A stretch of 63,397 nt of DNA, filler included, from Octopus bimaculoides (Eukaryota): NCBI RefSeq assembly GCF_001194135.2. It is 7 parts of 7 records of this genome, joined end to end, with 100 filler letters (N's around TTAATTAATTAA, not from the genome) between each part and the next. Parts side by side here need not be neighbours in the genome. Positions count along the whole stretch, not along the records: positions 1 to 24,625 come from NC_068984.1; 6 more parts are not named here. The stretch is one strand, 5' to 3'. The notes beneath the pieces are model-generated. The model was not told where the DNA came from. It was given only the letters and a program-made list of their open reading frames with translations, and ran no database searches. Shown in pieces: positions 11,231-24,373 of this stretch; position 1 is the stretch's first letter; every line of letters begins with the position of its first letter. Position numbers and translations under genes: made by a program.

Positions 11231-12220
11231 TCACACACACACACACACTATTCTCTAGTGTTTTTCAGATGTTCATCATACTTTCCCTTTCCTGTTGCCT
11301 TCCATCTTGTAAAAGTGTTCACATTTTTTTGTTCGGAGTAATTTGTGTTGGAGCAGAAGTAGTAATTTGTCGTTCATTTTAAATCATAGGGTGAAAGTTC
11401 AAATAAACCAAAAATCTATATTATTGTTTTATTCTTCCATCATTTGTAATAACCTTCAATGTAAAACATCGAGTGAAAGGTTCAAATCTAGTTTAAAATT
11501 TACTATGCTGTCTTTGTTTTGTTTTTGTTTTTGTTTTTCCTTCTTAAAGGGGCCTGGCCTGGCCTGGCCTAGTGGCTAGGAGTGTTCGTCTCATGATCGT
11601 ACGGTCGTGATTTCAATTCCTGGCCTGGGTGTCACGCTGCATCTTTAAGCAAGTTAATCCATTTCACATTATTGGAGTCAATTCAACTGCAATAAGCACT
11701 AACTAGACGTCAGTGCAGTCCCTACTTCTATCTCTCCCCCTTTCTCTCTCTCTCTTTCTATCCCTATCTCTATCTCTCAGTCCCCTCCCCCTCTCTCTCT
11801 AGCTATCACGTCCTAAATGATCCGCTGGATTAAGGTGGACTTGCTCACAACTATACAGGTTTCTAAAAGGATTGATGAAAGCATGGTACATGTTATGAAG
11901 CCATATTCCTTCACCAATGACAGAGCCTGCACTGTATTTTTGTATATTTTGTCCATCATTTGTAGATGCCTCCTTTTCTATTATCAATATGGACATATCT
12001 CAACGGTTGCACTCAAGAACAGTATTTAAATTAGCGATATGAAAAGTGAATAAGCTGGAGTAATACAATGATCTAGTAAGCTGAGTGCTTTTAATAACAT
12101 TTCAAAGTGTGTGCTTTCTTCTTTTATTTTTATAATATGGAATCTATTCAAGCTATTGGCGGTGAATATGTAACCAATATATGCAACAAAATATATTCTA
12201 GTAAAATAATTCAATTACAG

Positions 12221-12374
12221 AACCATCGCTCATCGCTAACCAGTTGTTAAACAAGTTGGAGGATATTGATCGAAGATGGCGTCGGGTTACGCAGGAGAAT
12301 AACTCCTACAGTGCATCAGATTTGAGTTTCATACTTAGCAAGCAAGCCCTCACTGGTTTGAATGAAGTCTCCCG
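12221..12374 (+). CDS. Candidate coding exon, unidentified (PSLIANQLLNKLEDIDRRWRRVTQENNSYSASDLSFILSKQALTGLNEVS)
   Basis: Acceptor aattacag at 12213-12220; 50 open codons in unique, GC-richer sequence; weak donor cg|gtgaaa, or an in-frame TGA at 12376-12378. Confidence 0.4.
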
Positions 12375-13169
12375 GTGAAATATATGCGCGCGCACAAACA
12401 CTCATAAATTACATATACCAATGTGAGAGTAAGATTTAAATTTAATTTGCTTAAAATAACTTAAAACATGTCAGTCTAAATTAGATTACAGATACACGCA
12501 TGCGTGGACACACGCTCACACATACATACACACACACACACACACACATATATATACACATACACACGGGGGGGAGGGAGTTCAGAGATCAGAGGTGTCA
12601 CCGGAGACTTCCATACCAATAGCTAAAAATAAAAATATTTAATTGAAGAATAATTAGAAAGCGTGCCAAAAGAATGACACATTATAACTCGAAACAAAAT
12701 TTGAAATTACATTTCTCAATGCGCCATCTCAGATATAACCTCTTGCCAAGAATATATATATTATGGGGTGGGCAACATGTGTTATATATGAAGCCGCAGT
12801 CTTGGGTATGTGGTGAAGAAGTTCGCTTTAAAACTGCATTGTTTCCTGTTCAATCACATTGTTTACGCCTTTGAGTAACCAGTCTTCCATAGTAGCCACG
12901 CGTTGACCGATACATTGCGAGCAGAATTTGGTGACAAGCTGCGTAGAATTTAGGTTAAGTCTATTAATGTGGAAGGTTTAAGTTGGGATGTCACTGTGGT
13001 GCAGAGATTTACTATCAGCAATACAGTTTGCAGCCGAGGTCGCGTACAGATGCCGCAGGTGATGTTACAATTTTTTTTTCTTCTTCTTTAATATTGTATT
13101 ATATTTCATATGTATATCATAGTATCACTGGATCGACCAAACTATTGAATATCGTTATACATTGCTAGT

Positions 13170-13400
13170 CCCAGGTCGATTTACATTATTTTAGCTTTCG
13201 AATGACGCCACGCCGCTGGTTAGGCAATCAGGCCAACATTTCTGCTGACAAGAAGGCTATTCCGTCACGAGGTTATCCGTTTACACCTGAGTGGACTGGA
13301 ACAAGGGGAAAAGAATGTTTTGCTTAAGAACGGCGATCGATCCCATTATCTGACGATCGCGAATGCGTCACCCTAACCATTAGGTCACGCGCCTTCACCA
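13170..13400 (-). mobile_element. Degenerate family 3 SINE
   Basis: Ends ...accattaggtcacgcgccttcac (reverse of the GTGAAGGC head); contains tgagtggactggaacaa. Confidence 0.7.
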
Positions 13401-13894
13401 TACATGTGTGTGTATGAGACAATCTGTGTGGACTGAGATTTCCGTTGACAAGCCGCTGGTATATTTGGCCTTAGCTATTTAAGTTTACTTCGTTTCTTTA
13501 TTATTATTAGCAAGCTGGATTCGGTGAGCTGGGAGAATCGTTAGCACGCTGATTGAAATGCTTAGCCGTATTTCGTCTGTCTTTACGTTCTGAGTTCAAA
13601 TTCAGACAGACAGACATGCAAGCATAGTTCAGAATAGTTGAACTATCAAAAAAAAAAAATACCTTGCGGCAGTTCTTTGAGAATTTTTAGCAATCTAAGT
13701 TCAAATCCCTCCGAGGTCAACTTTGTTGTTTTAAATCCCTTGCAGGTAGATACACTAAACGACTTCCTACATTACTGTTCGCTAAATATAGATATATAGA
13801 TAGATGTTGATGATGATGATAATAATAATAATAATAATAATAATGACAACAAAAGAATGAATGAGACTTTGACGTTATGTAAATAGAGGAGTTC

Positions 13895-14295
13895 ATCAGG
13901 AGTGGCTGTGTGGTAAGTAGCTTGCTTACCAACCACATGGTCCCGGGTTCAGTCCCACTGCGTGGCACCTTGGGCAAGTGTCTTCTACTATAGCCTCGGG
14001 CCGACCAAGGCCTTGTGAGTGGATTTGGTAGACGGAAACTGCAAGAAGCCTGTCGTATATGTATATATATATATATGTGTGTGTATGTATGTTTGTGTGT
14101 CTGTTTGTCCCCTCCACCCAGCATCGCTTGACAACCGATAGTGGTGTGTTTACATCCACGTAATTAGTGGTTCGGCGGAAGAGACCGATAGAATAAGTAC
14201 TAGGCTTACAAAGAATAAGTCCTGGGGCCGATTAGCTCGACTAAAAAGGGGGTGCTCCAGCTTGGCCACAGTCAAATGACTGAAACAAGTAAAAG
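13895..14295 (+). mobile_element. tRNA-derived CORE-like SINE, family 2 (gagtggctgtgtggtaag head), with internal TA/TG microsatellite
   Basis: B box ggttcagtccc; CORE-like accttgggcaagtgtctt; tail aaatgactgaaacaagtaaaagag; near-identical copy at 30135-30550. Confidence 0.88.
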
Positions 14296-14559
14296 AGTAT
14301 AGAACAATCAGTTAGTAGTTTTTAGCTCGGGCATCTGAAACTCTGAGTATTATTATAGCAACTAACTGATTGCCCTATAGTATATATTTATATATATATA
14401 GATAGATAGAGAGAAAGAGAGAAAGAGTTGTGTGTGTGTATTATACACATACGCAGCTGTTGAAACACTAATACACATGCACTTTGTGTATCTTCTCTGT
14501 ATATGATTCTCTATAACCAACGTTCCGACGCTTAAGAAATATTTCTAACGCACAAGCAA

Positions 14560-14690
14560 ACTACCCGCCCAAACGTGACGTCAGCAGCCACGTGTTGCGC
14601 TTGAGTTTGTTCGCTCGGCATTTGGGCAACGCACACACACACACACATACAACACACACACACATTAACTGGTTTTTATAAAATTCCTCT
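14560..14690 (+). promoter_or_regulatory. Candidate promoter/enhancer: GC box, full CRE, E-box, downstream TATA
   Basis: CCCGCCC 14564-14570, TGACGTCA 14576-14583, CACGTG 14589-14594, TATAAAA 14677-14683, in CpG-rich unique sequence. Confidence 0.45.
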
Positions 14691-15779
14691 TTGTTCTTCG
14701 CACTCTGTACTTGTGTGTGTGTTCTAATATATGCAACACATTAATCTGTCTTCCTCTGTGTGTGAGGTGGTAGTGGTGGTGGGGGGAATGAGAGAGATCT
14801 TATACTCATGAATATGTCGACCGTGACGTGTGCACGCAGTAAACTGCGTTTGTGAAAATACTGTAATATAATGTTGCTTGTTTGTTTGTCTCGTACAAAT
14901 TTGAGCAGGAAGAGTGTTTTACGTATTGAAGCATGAATTGAATTTTTCCTGTGCCAATAGACACACACAGGCACACTCACGCACACACACACACACATAC
15001 ACACACACACAGGCACACACACACACACACAGAGGCACACACACACACACACACACACGCATACACACGGTAACACACACGCGCTCTGACGGATGCGGTC
15101 GCGCGCACACACACACGCACGTACACACGTCTGGCAGGCACACATAGGCGCGCACGTGTACAGGCGTGTATGCACACACTCACACACATGCACACGCGCA
15201 CACACACACACAGATATAGAAATAACTGTTGACGATGCACACGATTAGGAATTTCCACGAATTCGGGAATTGGAAGTTTATTACGTGTGTGTGGGGGGGG
15301 GGGTCTGTGTCTGTGTGTATCGCTAAGTATGTGTCTGTGTGCGTGTATATCTGTGTGTGTGTTTGTGTGTCTGTGCGTATCTGTGTATTTGTGTGTGTGT
15401 GTGTCTGTGTGTGCGTAGTTGTGTGTGTGTGCATGTGTGTGTGTGTGCGTCTGTGCATGTATGTGACTGCATCTGTGTAAGCGAGATTGCCAATGTATAA
15501 ATGCGCACACGTTCGTATGTCTGTATGTGTGTGCGTGTGTGTCTGTCTGTGCGCATGCGAGCGCGCGCGTGAGAGAGAGAGAGAGAAAGAAAGAGAGAAA
15601 GAGAGTGAGTGAGTGTATTATATGTTCAAAGAAAAGCGTGCGCTGTTTGATATTTGTGAATGAATGTGTGTCTGTGTGTGTACCTATGTGCCACTAGTAA
15701 ATAAGAAAATAGGAACCCAACCCAGTTAACACGGAATTTCCTTTGTTGTTCTTGTTCTTGTTGATGTAGTATTTTCAAA

Positions 15780-16422
15780 GTTTGCCATAAGGACAATGAT
15801 GGAGGGGAAAGTCGATTAAGTCATCCTTAGTATTCAACATGTATTTATATAATCGACAGCGAAAGGATGAATACCAAACTCTACCGCGGAGGAATTTGAA
15901 CTCAGAACGTAAAGACAGATGAAATACAGCTAAGCATTTCGTCCGGTGTGCTAACGTTTCTTATTTCTTTATTGCCCACAAGGGGCTAAACATAGAGGGG
16001 ACAAACAAAGACAGACAAAGGGATTAAGTCCATTACATCGACCCGAGCACGCAACTAGTACTTAATTTATCGACCCCGAAAGGATTAAGGGCAAAGTCGA
16101 CCTCGGCGGAATTTGAACTCAGAACGTAACGGCAGACGAAATACTTCTAAGCATTTCGCCCAGCGTGCTAACGTTTCGGCCAGCTCGCCGCCTTAATAAA
16201 TAATCTTTTCTACTCTAGGCACAAGGCCTGAAATTATGGGGCAGTGGGCCAGTCAATTAGATCGACCCCAGTACGTAAATGATACTTAATTTATCAACCC
16301 CAGAAAGGACGAAAGCAAAGTCGACCTCGGCGGAGTTTGAACTCAGAACATAAAGATAGACGCTATACCGCTAACCATTTAAACACCCGGCGTGCTAACG
16401 ATTCTGCCAGCAGGACTCCTTA

Positions 16423-16476
<54 letters not shown>

Positions 16477-16733
16477 TCAAATTTTTTTGCACAAAAGGGT
16501 TAGCTTGAGGGAGGTAGGGATGAATCGACTGCATCGACCCCAGAGTTCAACTGGTACTTAATTTATTAAACCCCGAGAGAACGAAAGACAAAGTCGACCT
16601 CGNNNNNNNNNNNNNNNNNNNNNNNNNNNNNNNNNNNNNNNNNNNNNNNNNNNNNNNNNNNNNNNNNNNNNNNNNNNNNNNNNNNNNNNNNNNNNNNNNN
16701 NNNNNNNNNNCTATTCTGCCAGTTCACCGCCTT
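15780..16733 (-). mobile_element. Stack of four co-oriented family 1 SINE units
   Basis: Heads at ~16733, ~16410 (partial) and ~16195; a headless unit at 15790-15960 is joined through a type-B tail; (ATT)n at ~16424-16475 separates two copies. Confidence 0.88.
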
Positions 16734-16734
16734 A

Positions 16735-16935
16735 ATGGTATTTCTTCTTCTTCTTCTTTTTCTTTTTCTTCTTCTTCTTCTTTTTCTTTTTCTTCTTCTT
16801 TTTCTTCTTTTTCTTCTTCTTCTTTTTCTTTTTCTTCTTTTTCTTCTTCTTTTTCTTCTTCTTCTTTTTCTTTTTCCTTTTCCTTTTCTTCTTCTTCTTC
16901 TTCTTCTTCTTATTATTATTATTGTTGTTATTATT
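16735..16935. repeat. (TTC)n/(TTTTTC) then (TTA)n microsatellite
   Basis: Direct inspection; source of the poly-K/L/R ORFs. Confidence 0.95.
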
Positions 16936-17042
16936 ATTAAACGCACGAAAGCACACACGCGCGCATATTTGACATAATGAAATATAGGTAGATAGTTATG
17001 TGTGTGTGTGTCCAGATACATACGCACAAACATGTATACATG

Positions 17043-17073
<31 letters not shown>

Positions 17074-17259
17074 TTTGGCAAATATGATCATCCCATATAT
17101 GAAATGTGTGTTGGTATACACACACACACACACACACACACACCATTGCAGTATAGACGTAGTATTAAAAAATAACAACAACAACAACGCCATTACTCAT
17201 GATTTTGTTCATAAAAAAGCTGGTGTTTCTTTGTGTTCGTCGGATCTCCATTGTCTCAG

Positions 17260-17400
17260 TGCACCGGGGCCGCTTCCCACATCGTCCGTCTCAGTGGCTC
17301 GTCCTATCAATACAGCTGCACACAGAGCCGACCGCACGACAGCAGGACATGAGGACTTCGGAGCTAACAACTCATTCTACGTAATGGACAGCAACAACAG
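17260..17400 (+). CDS. Candidate coding exon, unidentified (APGPLPTSSVSVARPINTAAHRADRTTAGHEDFGANNSFYVMDSNN)
   Basis: GC-rich unique island between microsatellites; acceptor ccattgtctcag; open frame; weak donor ag|gtgcac. Confidence 0.35.
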
Positions 17401-18595
17401 GTGCACACCCTGATTTGGGATCGATTCTTTATCTCTCCCTCTTTCTCACTCTCCTTCTCTCTCTCTCTTTCTCTCTTTTTCTATCTATCTATCTATCTAT
17501 CTCTTTTCTTTCCTTCTTTATACAGACAGATAGATACGCATATGCATATATTTACATGTATATGTATATATATATATATATGCATATCTATATACGAATA
17601 TATATACACATATATATACATATGTATCACGAATATGCATGCATATACACACACGTACACATACATGCATACGTACATACATACATACATACGCACACAC
17701 ACATATGTAATGTATGTATTTACGTTGCGCCAGCTTGGCGACAGACTCTGGCTGAAACCGATAATAGAATGTGTGTGTGTGTGTGTGTGTGCGTGAGTGT
17801 GTGTGTGTATGTGTGTGTGTGTGTGTGTGTGCGTGAGTGTGTGTGTGTATGTGTGTGCGTGAACGTACGCTCGATTATTTGCAACGAATTTTAGCATCGG
17901 CAAGCAGCTCCGAGTAAAATTATAGTGAAAGACATTCCAACCACGACCAACATGTCTTGATATGGATATGTTGCATTGGACGCATTTAATATGTCCTTCA
18001 GTCTGTAAGACTCTAAATACGTGATTCGACGGAGATTTGGTCGTTATATCAGGCAGGACGACGACCGAGCTGGGCTTTTACTTCGTATGTTCTCAGTCCC
18101 AGCGCACCGCAAGCCTATATCTGTGTTTGTGTTTCTGTAGCTATGTGTGTTTATGAATGCGTGTGTGTATACGTGTGTGTGTGTGTGTGTGTGAGTGTGT
18201 GTGTGTGTCTGTGTCTATGTGTGTGTGCGTGTTTGTGTGGTTGGTGAGCCCTATCTTGACGCCTTGTTATATTTTTACCGCCCACCACTTGACTATCGAC
18301 GAAGTTAATATACAGAAATATGTCAGCCTCAAAAGGAGTAAGCGAGGGGGAGTGGATTTTTAAAAATTACAGAAATGAGATAGGATTATCTAGATACCTC
18401 TCCCCACATCCATTCGTCCAGGATTCTTTGTTTGACTGTTCTATCTTCAAATTCGTTAAAGTTTCTAAAATGTTTTTTTTTTTTCTCTCTGTAATATTTA
18501 TTCTTCTAAATTGAATAGAACATAAAAACGATGCTGTACTTCTTTCAAATATTCCGACTTCATCACTTAAGTCTTTATTTTATCATAGATAGGTT

Positions 18596-18758
18596 AATAT
18601 ATCGCTTCTTATCCCACCGAGGTTAACTTTGTCTTTCAGTCTTTCGGGATCGATAAATTAAGTACCAGTTGCGTACTGGAGTCGATCTAATCGACTGGCC
18701 CTTCCTCCAAAAATTTCGGGCCTTGTGCCTAGAGTAGAAAAGAATATATCGCTTCTTA
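18596..18758 (+). mobile_element. 5'-truncated family 1 SINE with 16-bp TSD
   Basis: AATATATCGCTTCTTA at 18596-18611 and 18743-18758; type-A tail. Confidence 0.88.
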
Positions 18759-18814
18759 CTTCGATAAAGATTGGATTTAGTCTTTGTACATACTTTATAC
18801 ATACATACATACAT

Positions 18815-18856
<42 letters not shown>

Positions 18857-18859
18857 GGC

Positions 18860-18960
18860 TTTTACAAGAGAGGTGACAGAGACTTCTAAGTTTCGGCCTG
18901 CAAGTCTTCATCGGACAAAAGCTAGCAGTCCGAAGCTTCGAAATCATTGCCAGTCTTCTC
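18860..18960 (-). ncRNA. Degenerate hammerhead-ribozyme-like motif
   Basis: Minus strand CCGATGA-A-GACTTGCAGGCC-GAAAC-TTA (~18888-18915); stem II imperfect. Confidence 0.35.
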
Positions 18961-19718
18961 CATGTAAAAGTATAATAAACATGTACTCTATAAAAGATAT
19001 TGAGTAATTCTTCAGTTTAATGTGAATTTAGTTTATAACTCGACATAAAAACAAGCATTAATAGTAATGCGCTTGTGTTCGCTTTGCATTTGTGCATCGA
19101 CTGTTCTACAGAAATTTGTGGAGAATTTTGTGTTGTTTTTTTTTTGTTTAGAAAACGGAAACGTGCAAGTATATACGTGCAAGTGAACGTGTGAACATAA
19201 CAGCGTATTGATAAATGTGTGTTTCAATACATATATTTACATTTGTGCACGCGTATATGGTGTTTAGTAAATGCTTAAATATGCACGGGAGAATAACTAC
19301 GAAAGAAACGTAGATAGATAGATAGATAGATAGGAGTGAGGGGAAACAACGAGAGAAAGATATACCGAAAACGATGAGGAATGAGGAGGGACGAATAGTA
19401 ATGTGAAGATATCTAAAAGTGAAGAAGATATATTTTAGTGATGTCGTTAGAGAGAGAGAGACTAGTGGAAATTAAAAGTAGATAATACTGTAAAATTGAA
19501 AAATAAATGGGAAGGGATTTGAAATAGCGATGCAGGAGTACTGTAGATAGGAAATTTTGAAAGGTAAGAAAGTAGGGGAAGCAAAATAAAAACTAACGGA
19601 GAATCGAAAGTGAAAGTAGTGTGCTGTTATAGAAACAACAGCATAGAATGAAAGGGCGGGACAGGAAGACATACAGAAACGCACGAATCTGTCACTTGCC
19701 CGATAGTTGTATTAACAT

Positions 19719-19763
<45 letters not shown>

Positions 19764-20026
19764 NNNNNNNNNNNNNNNNNNNNNNNNNNNNNNNNNNNNN
19801 NNNNNNNNNNNNNNNNNNNNNNNNNNNNNNNNNNNNNNNNNNNNNNNNNNNNNNNNNNNNNNNNNNNNNNNNNNNNNNNNNNNNNNNNNNNNNNNNNNNN
19901 NNNNNNNNNNNNNNNNNNNNNNNNNNNNNNNNNNNNNNNNNNNNNNNNNNNNNNNNNNNNNNNNNNNNNNNNNNNNNNNNNNNNNNNNNNNNNNNNNNNN
20001 NNNNNNNNNNNNNNNNNNNNNNNNNN

Positions 20027-20175
20027 CGTCTTTACGTTATGAGTTCAAATTTCATCGAAGTCGACTTTGCCTTTCACACTGTCGGGGATGATGAAATAAT
20101 TACCAATCGAAAACTAGTGTCGAAGTGATCGACCAGCCTCCACCGCACAAATTTCATGCCATGTGCCTATAGCAG
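20027..20175 (+). mobile_element. Family 1 SINE fragment (head lies in the gap)
   Basis: cgtctttacgttatgagttcaaatt...gtcgactttgcctttc...aaatttcatgccatgtgcctatagcagaaag. Confidence 0.8.
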
Positions 20176-20861
20176 AAAGAATCATTATCATTAATTATCA
20201 TAGTCATTATCATTATTATTATTATTATTGGAATAAGAAGTTTCAATACTCGATAATTATGAATGGATTCTTGGTACGGGCTGTGTGTGTGTGTGTGTGA
20301 TGTGTGGATTCTGGGCTTCCCCACGGATGGTCAGGGTTCGTTTCCCAGCATGGTAACTTCTCACTTTTTAGGGGTGGCGTCCCAGCATAGCCGCAGTCCA
20401 ACAGCCGAAACAAATAAATAATAAAAGATATACAGAAAGAAAGAGGAAGGGACCAAGAGAGAGACAGAAAGAGACAGAGAGGGACAAACAGAGAGAGAGA
20501 GAGAGTAAGAGTGAATAGAAACTAAAGTAGAATAGAAAAGATTCGTTGGAAACTCCGGTGCGTCGCTTTGAAAGCAGAATTTTCATTTCTTTTTTAATGC
20601 GACCACACACTGTCTCTCTGTTTCTGTATTCGATTTTAAGAATGGCCAAACACTCGAACACACTCACACATACGTATATATACATGTAGATATGTTTATA
20701 TATATATGTATGTATATATATGTGTGTGTGTGTGTATATATTTACGTATATATATGGACGTACCTATATACATATATAAATACTTAAATATGTGTACACA
20801 TATGTATATGCAGATATGTGTGTGTGTGCATATATATATATGCATATGTATATATATATGC

Positions 20862-20900
<39 letters not shown>

Positions 20901-21106
20901 NNNNNNNNNNNNNNNNNNNNNNNNNNNNNNNNNNNNNNNNNNNNNNNNNNNNNNNNNNNNNNNNNNNNNNNNNNNNNNNNNNNNNNNNNNNNNNNNNNNN
21001 NNNNNNNNNNNNNNNNNNNNNNNNNNNNNNNNNNNNNNNNNNNNNNNNNNNNNNNNNNNNNNNNNNNNNNNNNNNNNNNNNNNNNNNNNNNNNNNNNNNN
21101 NNNNNN

Positions 21107-21159
<53 letters not shown>

Positions 21160-21166
<7 letters not shown>

Positions 21167-21600
21167 CACGTGCGCACAAAACCACCGCGCATTGTCACTC
21201 TAACGCCTACACAGGCTGCAACCACCACCACCACCACCACCACCACCACCACCAATCGACCAACACCAACGCTACAAGCAGCACCAACATCGCCCTTATT
21301 GCTTCAGTTCGTAAAGGGCAGCCCAGATAGCACTAGTCGCCGCTGCTGCTGCTGCTACTACTACTACTATTACTGTTGATGCTGCTGTTGGTGTTGCTGA
21401 TGCTAAATCTTACTGCTGCTACCCGCCGCTGCTGCTGCTACTGCTGTTGGTGTTGGTGTTACTGCTGCTGCTGCTCTTGTTGTAAAGGCTACTATTATTA
21501 TTGCTGCTGACGATGCAGATAGTGCTGCTGCTAGAACCAACGCTGCCGACATTATAGCCGCTTCCACCATAATGCTTGGACTGACTTGCAGCTAGGAGAG
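21160..21600. repeat. GC-rich mixed trinucleotide tract (ACC, GCT, ACT, GTT)
   Basis: Runs of accacc, gctgct, actact, gttggt; no long stop-free frame. Confidence 0.75.
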
Positions 21601-21840
21601 AGAAGGAGAGGGAGAGAGAGGGAGAGAGCGAGAGGTTAGTTACGCTTCCTTACTGTTTTTATAGACACTGTCACTCTGAAGGCAGAAATGTGCACTTTAC
21701 AATTGCATGTGTGCACTGTGCACTGTTCCTGTCAGTGAATGCTACATGTGGGCTTTTGTGCATACGTGTATGCGAGTTTGTGTGTGTGTTGTATTTGTGC
21801 ACGGGTGTGTGTGTATGTATGTATGTATGTATGTATGTAT

Positions 21841-21923
21841 GTATATAGGTACGTATGTATATAGGTACGTATGTATATAGGTACGTATGTATATAGGTAC
21901 GTATGTATATAGGTACGTATGTA
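21841..21923. repeat. 16-bp tandem repeat GTATATAGGTACGTAT, about 5 copies
   Basis: Direct inspection. Confidence 0.9.
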
Positions 21924-22018
21924 TTTATCAGTGTGAGCGCGTAAATGCAAGTTTGCATGACGTGGTAACTTATGCATGTCTATGTGTATATGTGCATATA
22001 TGAGAATGCACATACATA

Positions 22019-22058
<40 letters not shown>

Positions 22059-22165
22059 TATGTATATATATATATATATATACGCATATATATATATATA
22101 TACGCATATATATATATATATGGAAAGAAGTGAAAGATAGCTACATATATATGGACAAATACAAT

Positions 22166-22223
<58 letters not shown>

Positions 22224-22437
22224 CATATACATACACCTACAAACACAGAAGCGCAAGGCACATACACTCAAACGTACGCACACATGCGGGCACAAGCAAA
22301 CACAGGCACATACACACACACACACACATTTGAGTCTGTGTATGTATGTTTTTATATGCGGTCGTTTACATCATTGTTGAAGATTCCGAAAATCCCCACG
22401 TGGGTTTTTGCAGCAACTATTGATATGGATTGACTTC

Positions 22438-22479
<42 letters not shown>

Positions 22480-23434
22480 ATGTATTCATATGTGTGTGTG
22501 CAAGTGAGTTTATGCGTGTGTTTTGTGCGTGCACACGCGCGGTGCGACTTCTATGTGTGCATCTATCTAGAAGACAAAGGAAAAAACTTGAAAAACAGAA
22601 AAAGAGAGAGCAAAGGAAAAAGTCGGTGAGAGAGAGAGAGGAGGAAAGAAGAGAGGATATGAAAGAGAAAGGATGATAGTAAACGAGGGAGACAAAGAAA
22701 AAGAAAAGAAAGATAGAACAGAAAGAGAGAGAGAAGGGAGTGCGATAGATGATATGTCGATTCGAGCCCTCAACACGTCTGTTCTAAATACTGTGTTAAT
22801 CTTCCTGTAATTGCATGTATCTACATGTTTGGCTTTGTGTGAATACATGAATGCACGCCTGCGTATATGCATGTGTTTGTGTATGTGTGTGTATGTGTGT
22901 TCGTGCGTGCGTACGTGCAAGGTGTCAGCGCTACTAATTATTTATAACGATTTTCCTACAAGCCTTCCGAACAAAGAATTGTCTTGTTTTTTTTTGTTTT
23001 TCTATTTTCTTCCGCAAGCATTGTCAACAGTTGTTGGATGGCGAGGAATACATATCTATCTATCTATCTATCTATCTGTTTGTGTGTATGTATATATATG
23101 TATATATATATATACTTGTACATGTACGTATATACACATATATGTGTGTACACATATTGATTTATGTATATGAGTGCGGAGATCTGTAAAAAAAAAAAAA
23201 TGACATAAGCTACCTGCGTGTGAGTGTGTGTGCGCGCACGCGTATCTGTGTTTGTGCGCGCACGAGTGTCTAGGTGAGTGTGCGCGCGTGCATGTCTATG
23301 TGTGAGTGTGCGTATGTGTTAGTATTCGAGTGTGTGTGTGTGCGTGCGTGTGTATATGATGCCTAGAAAGTACTTAAAAAGAAATTTAAAATCTAATCAT
23401 TACATGACAATGGTAACAATACACACACACACAC

Positions 23435-23475
<41 letters not shown>

Positions 23476-23925
23476 TGTGCGCGGGTGATTTTATCCCGTC
23501 CAGTTAATGCTAATACATTGAATTGGCTGAACTTTCCTGGTCACAAATATTTCATCCACGGGCAACTTTCACATAAAGGACCTCTTCGTGTGAAATAGAA
23601 TGCGTGGCGTTCATCCTTTTTTTTTTTTTTTTTTTNNNNNNNNNNTTTTTTTTTTTTTTTTTTTTGTTAAAAAAGAAGTCTTAATGAAAATGTCCTACAG
23701 CAATGTTCGAACGCTGATTGCCGATTTGCCGAACCGGGACATTATCTTACGGCGATCAATATTACGCACTAAAATGCACGCATACACACATACAGCGAAC
23801 ACATACATACATACATATTATATATGGGTGTGCGCACTTGCGCGCGCGTGTGTGTATGCTTATTCTTTTAGCCCAAGGCCTGCTCTGAACAGAGCAAACC
23901 TATAAGCTAGTAATTTCTAGGTTTA

Positions 23926-24140
23926 CAGGCGGCGAGCTGGCAGACACGTTAGCACGCCGGGCGAAATGCTTAGCGATATTTCGTTTGTCCTTACGTTCTG
24001 AGTTCTAATTCCGCTGAGGTCGATTTTGCCTTTCATCCTTTCAGGGTCGATAAAATAAGTAACAATTGAACACTGCGTCGTTGTGATCGACTTAACCCCC
24101 ACTCCACTCAAACCTCCTGGTCTTGTGCCAAAATTTAAAA
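23926..24140 (+). mobile_element. Family 1 SINE
   Basis: aggcggcgagctggcagacacgttagcacgccgggcgaaatgcttagcg... through gtcttgtgccaaaatttaaaa. Confidence 0.88.
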
Positions 24141-24373
24141 CCAATATTTTCCAGGCTACATTCTGTTTCTGAGGCTTTTTCTGTTTTAAAACAGTCGGTT
24201 GTGGTTGAAAGAGATTTAGCTGCGGTTTCTAGCTTGCCAACAGACCACATAGACACTCCGTCCGTGGTTCGTCTGGAATCACGTTGAAACAAGATGCAGT
24301 GAAATTGTACGTCGAATTCATAATTGCTCTTTATGAAACCTTCGCTCCCCCTTTAATTTACTCCTTTCTTTAG

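Noticed and set aside
12290-12302. YY1-like/start-codon motif AAGATGGCG
   Set aside because: The ATG frame stops after 8 codons; fits equally as part of the candidate exon
12221-12378. Resemblance of PSLIANQLL..RR..EN to CRH/DH44-type neuropeptides
   Set aside because: Few matching residues; no amidation or dibasic cleavage pattern and no signal peptide exon
12880-12990. SDR-like motif HALTDTLRAEF..RI*VKSI
   Set aside because: In-frame stop, missing residues, and no other SDR exons seen
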